A stretch of DNA of 63,081 nucleotides, counting the filler, from Craspedostauros australis (lineage: Eukaryota): NCBI GenBank assembly GCA_030167865.1. It is 10 parts of 10 records of this genome, joined end to end, with 100 filler letters (N's around TTAATTAATTAA, not from the genome) between each part and the next. Parts side by side here need not be neighbours in the genome. Positions count along the whole stretch, not along the records: positions 61,978 to 63,081 come from JALAGF010002802.1; 9 more parts are not named here. The stretch is one strand, 5' to 3'. Both the position numbers and the translations under genes were made by a program. This document shows positions 62,411 to 63,081 of this stretch, one piece after another. Numbering within the stretch: the first letter of the stretch is position 1; every line of letters begins with the position of its first letter. The notes under the pieces are model-generated. The model worked only from the letters and a program-made list of their open reading frames with translations. It was not told the DNA's origin and made no database searches.

Positions 62411-63081
62411 GTTCGTTTCTCTTTGCGTTGTGGTGCGTTGTGGTGGGTGATGTTGTGTTGTGGTGTGGTGCATTGTGATGCGTTGGAATTGTCACGGTCG
62501 CACAAGCAGGAATGAGTGACCGTAACGGTACAACCCACCAACTGAACACGAGCGGCNATCGGTCAATTGATCGAATCGATGAGAGATGCCAGTTGGGCGT
62601 GGGATGAAGCACTTCAGAAGATGAACGTGCTTGTGCATGATGCTCTTGATGGAAAAAGATGATGGCGAGCGAGTATGGTACGTGCGGTTGCCAAGGGATG
62701 CCGATGGAAATGGAAATGGCAACGGCGATGATGCGAAGCCACGCCACGCGATGTTTCCCACCAGTCAACACAGGGCCCCTTTCGTCTCTTGTGTTGACGT
62801 GTTTCTTGTCTTTGTTTGTCCAAGTCTGTCTCTTTGGATGGCTCATGCGTTGAGATTCTCAACGAAGCCTTCGAGCCAACGTGCCAGGTTTTACTCAGCA
62901 GATATGGCGTCTGTCCGGATACCAGGGTCACAATCGACAATGTTGATTACGTTTCATTGGCGCCAAATAGTTCAAAGGACGTTCTGTAGGATACCTTCGA
63001 CGAAACAAACTGTAAAAATTGTGAAATCGAATCAAAAACGCTGGAACGGCGGCCGTTGAAATGGATCGAAACAGTGCGGGA

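Overview
Eukaryotic nuclear DNA, most likely a pennate diatom (inferred from GT-AG introns, ASAFAP-like bipartite plastid presequences, CoDi-like Copia elements and diatom-style LRR and GH19-like proteins). The window is not continuous: it is ten contigs joined by artificial 100-nt spacers (N44-TTAATTAATTAA-N44), so adjacency across spacers is unreliable. Positions 1-41.3 kb are gene-dense: RPL26 (start codon split by an intron), TrhO/TSTD2-like rhodanese with a CCCH finger, phosphoglycerate mutase, MsrA, a two-module LRR membrane protein, an atypical CAMK-like kinase, a membrane-anchored JmjC protein, an RsuA/RluB-like pseudouridine synthase, an LTR-disrupted ornithine decarboxylase, an unknown protein, DNA polymerase epsilon, an MFS transporter and a GH19-like protein. 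Beyond 41 kb the window is mostly repeats and pseudogenes. The best candidate for something undescribed is a non-coding mobile element family with TGT...ACA ends, imperfect 18-bp inverted termini and a 6-bp target-site duplication. One complete copy splits an ankyrin gene and two further diverged termini occur elsewhere. A second family is a 446-bp LTR with a non-canonical TA end, present twice. Novelty cannot be established without database searches, and I saw no CRISPR, Fanzor/TnpB or RNA gene.
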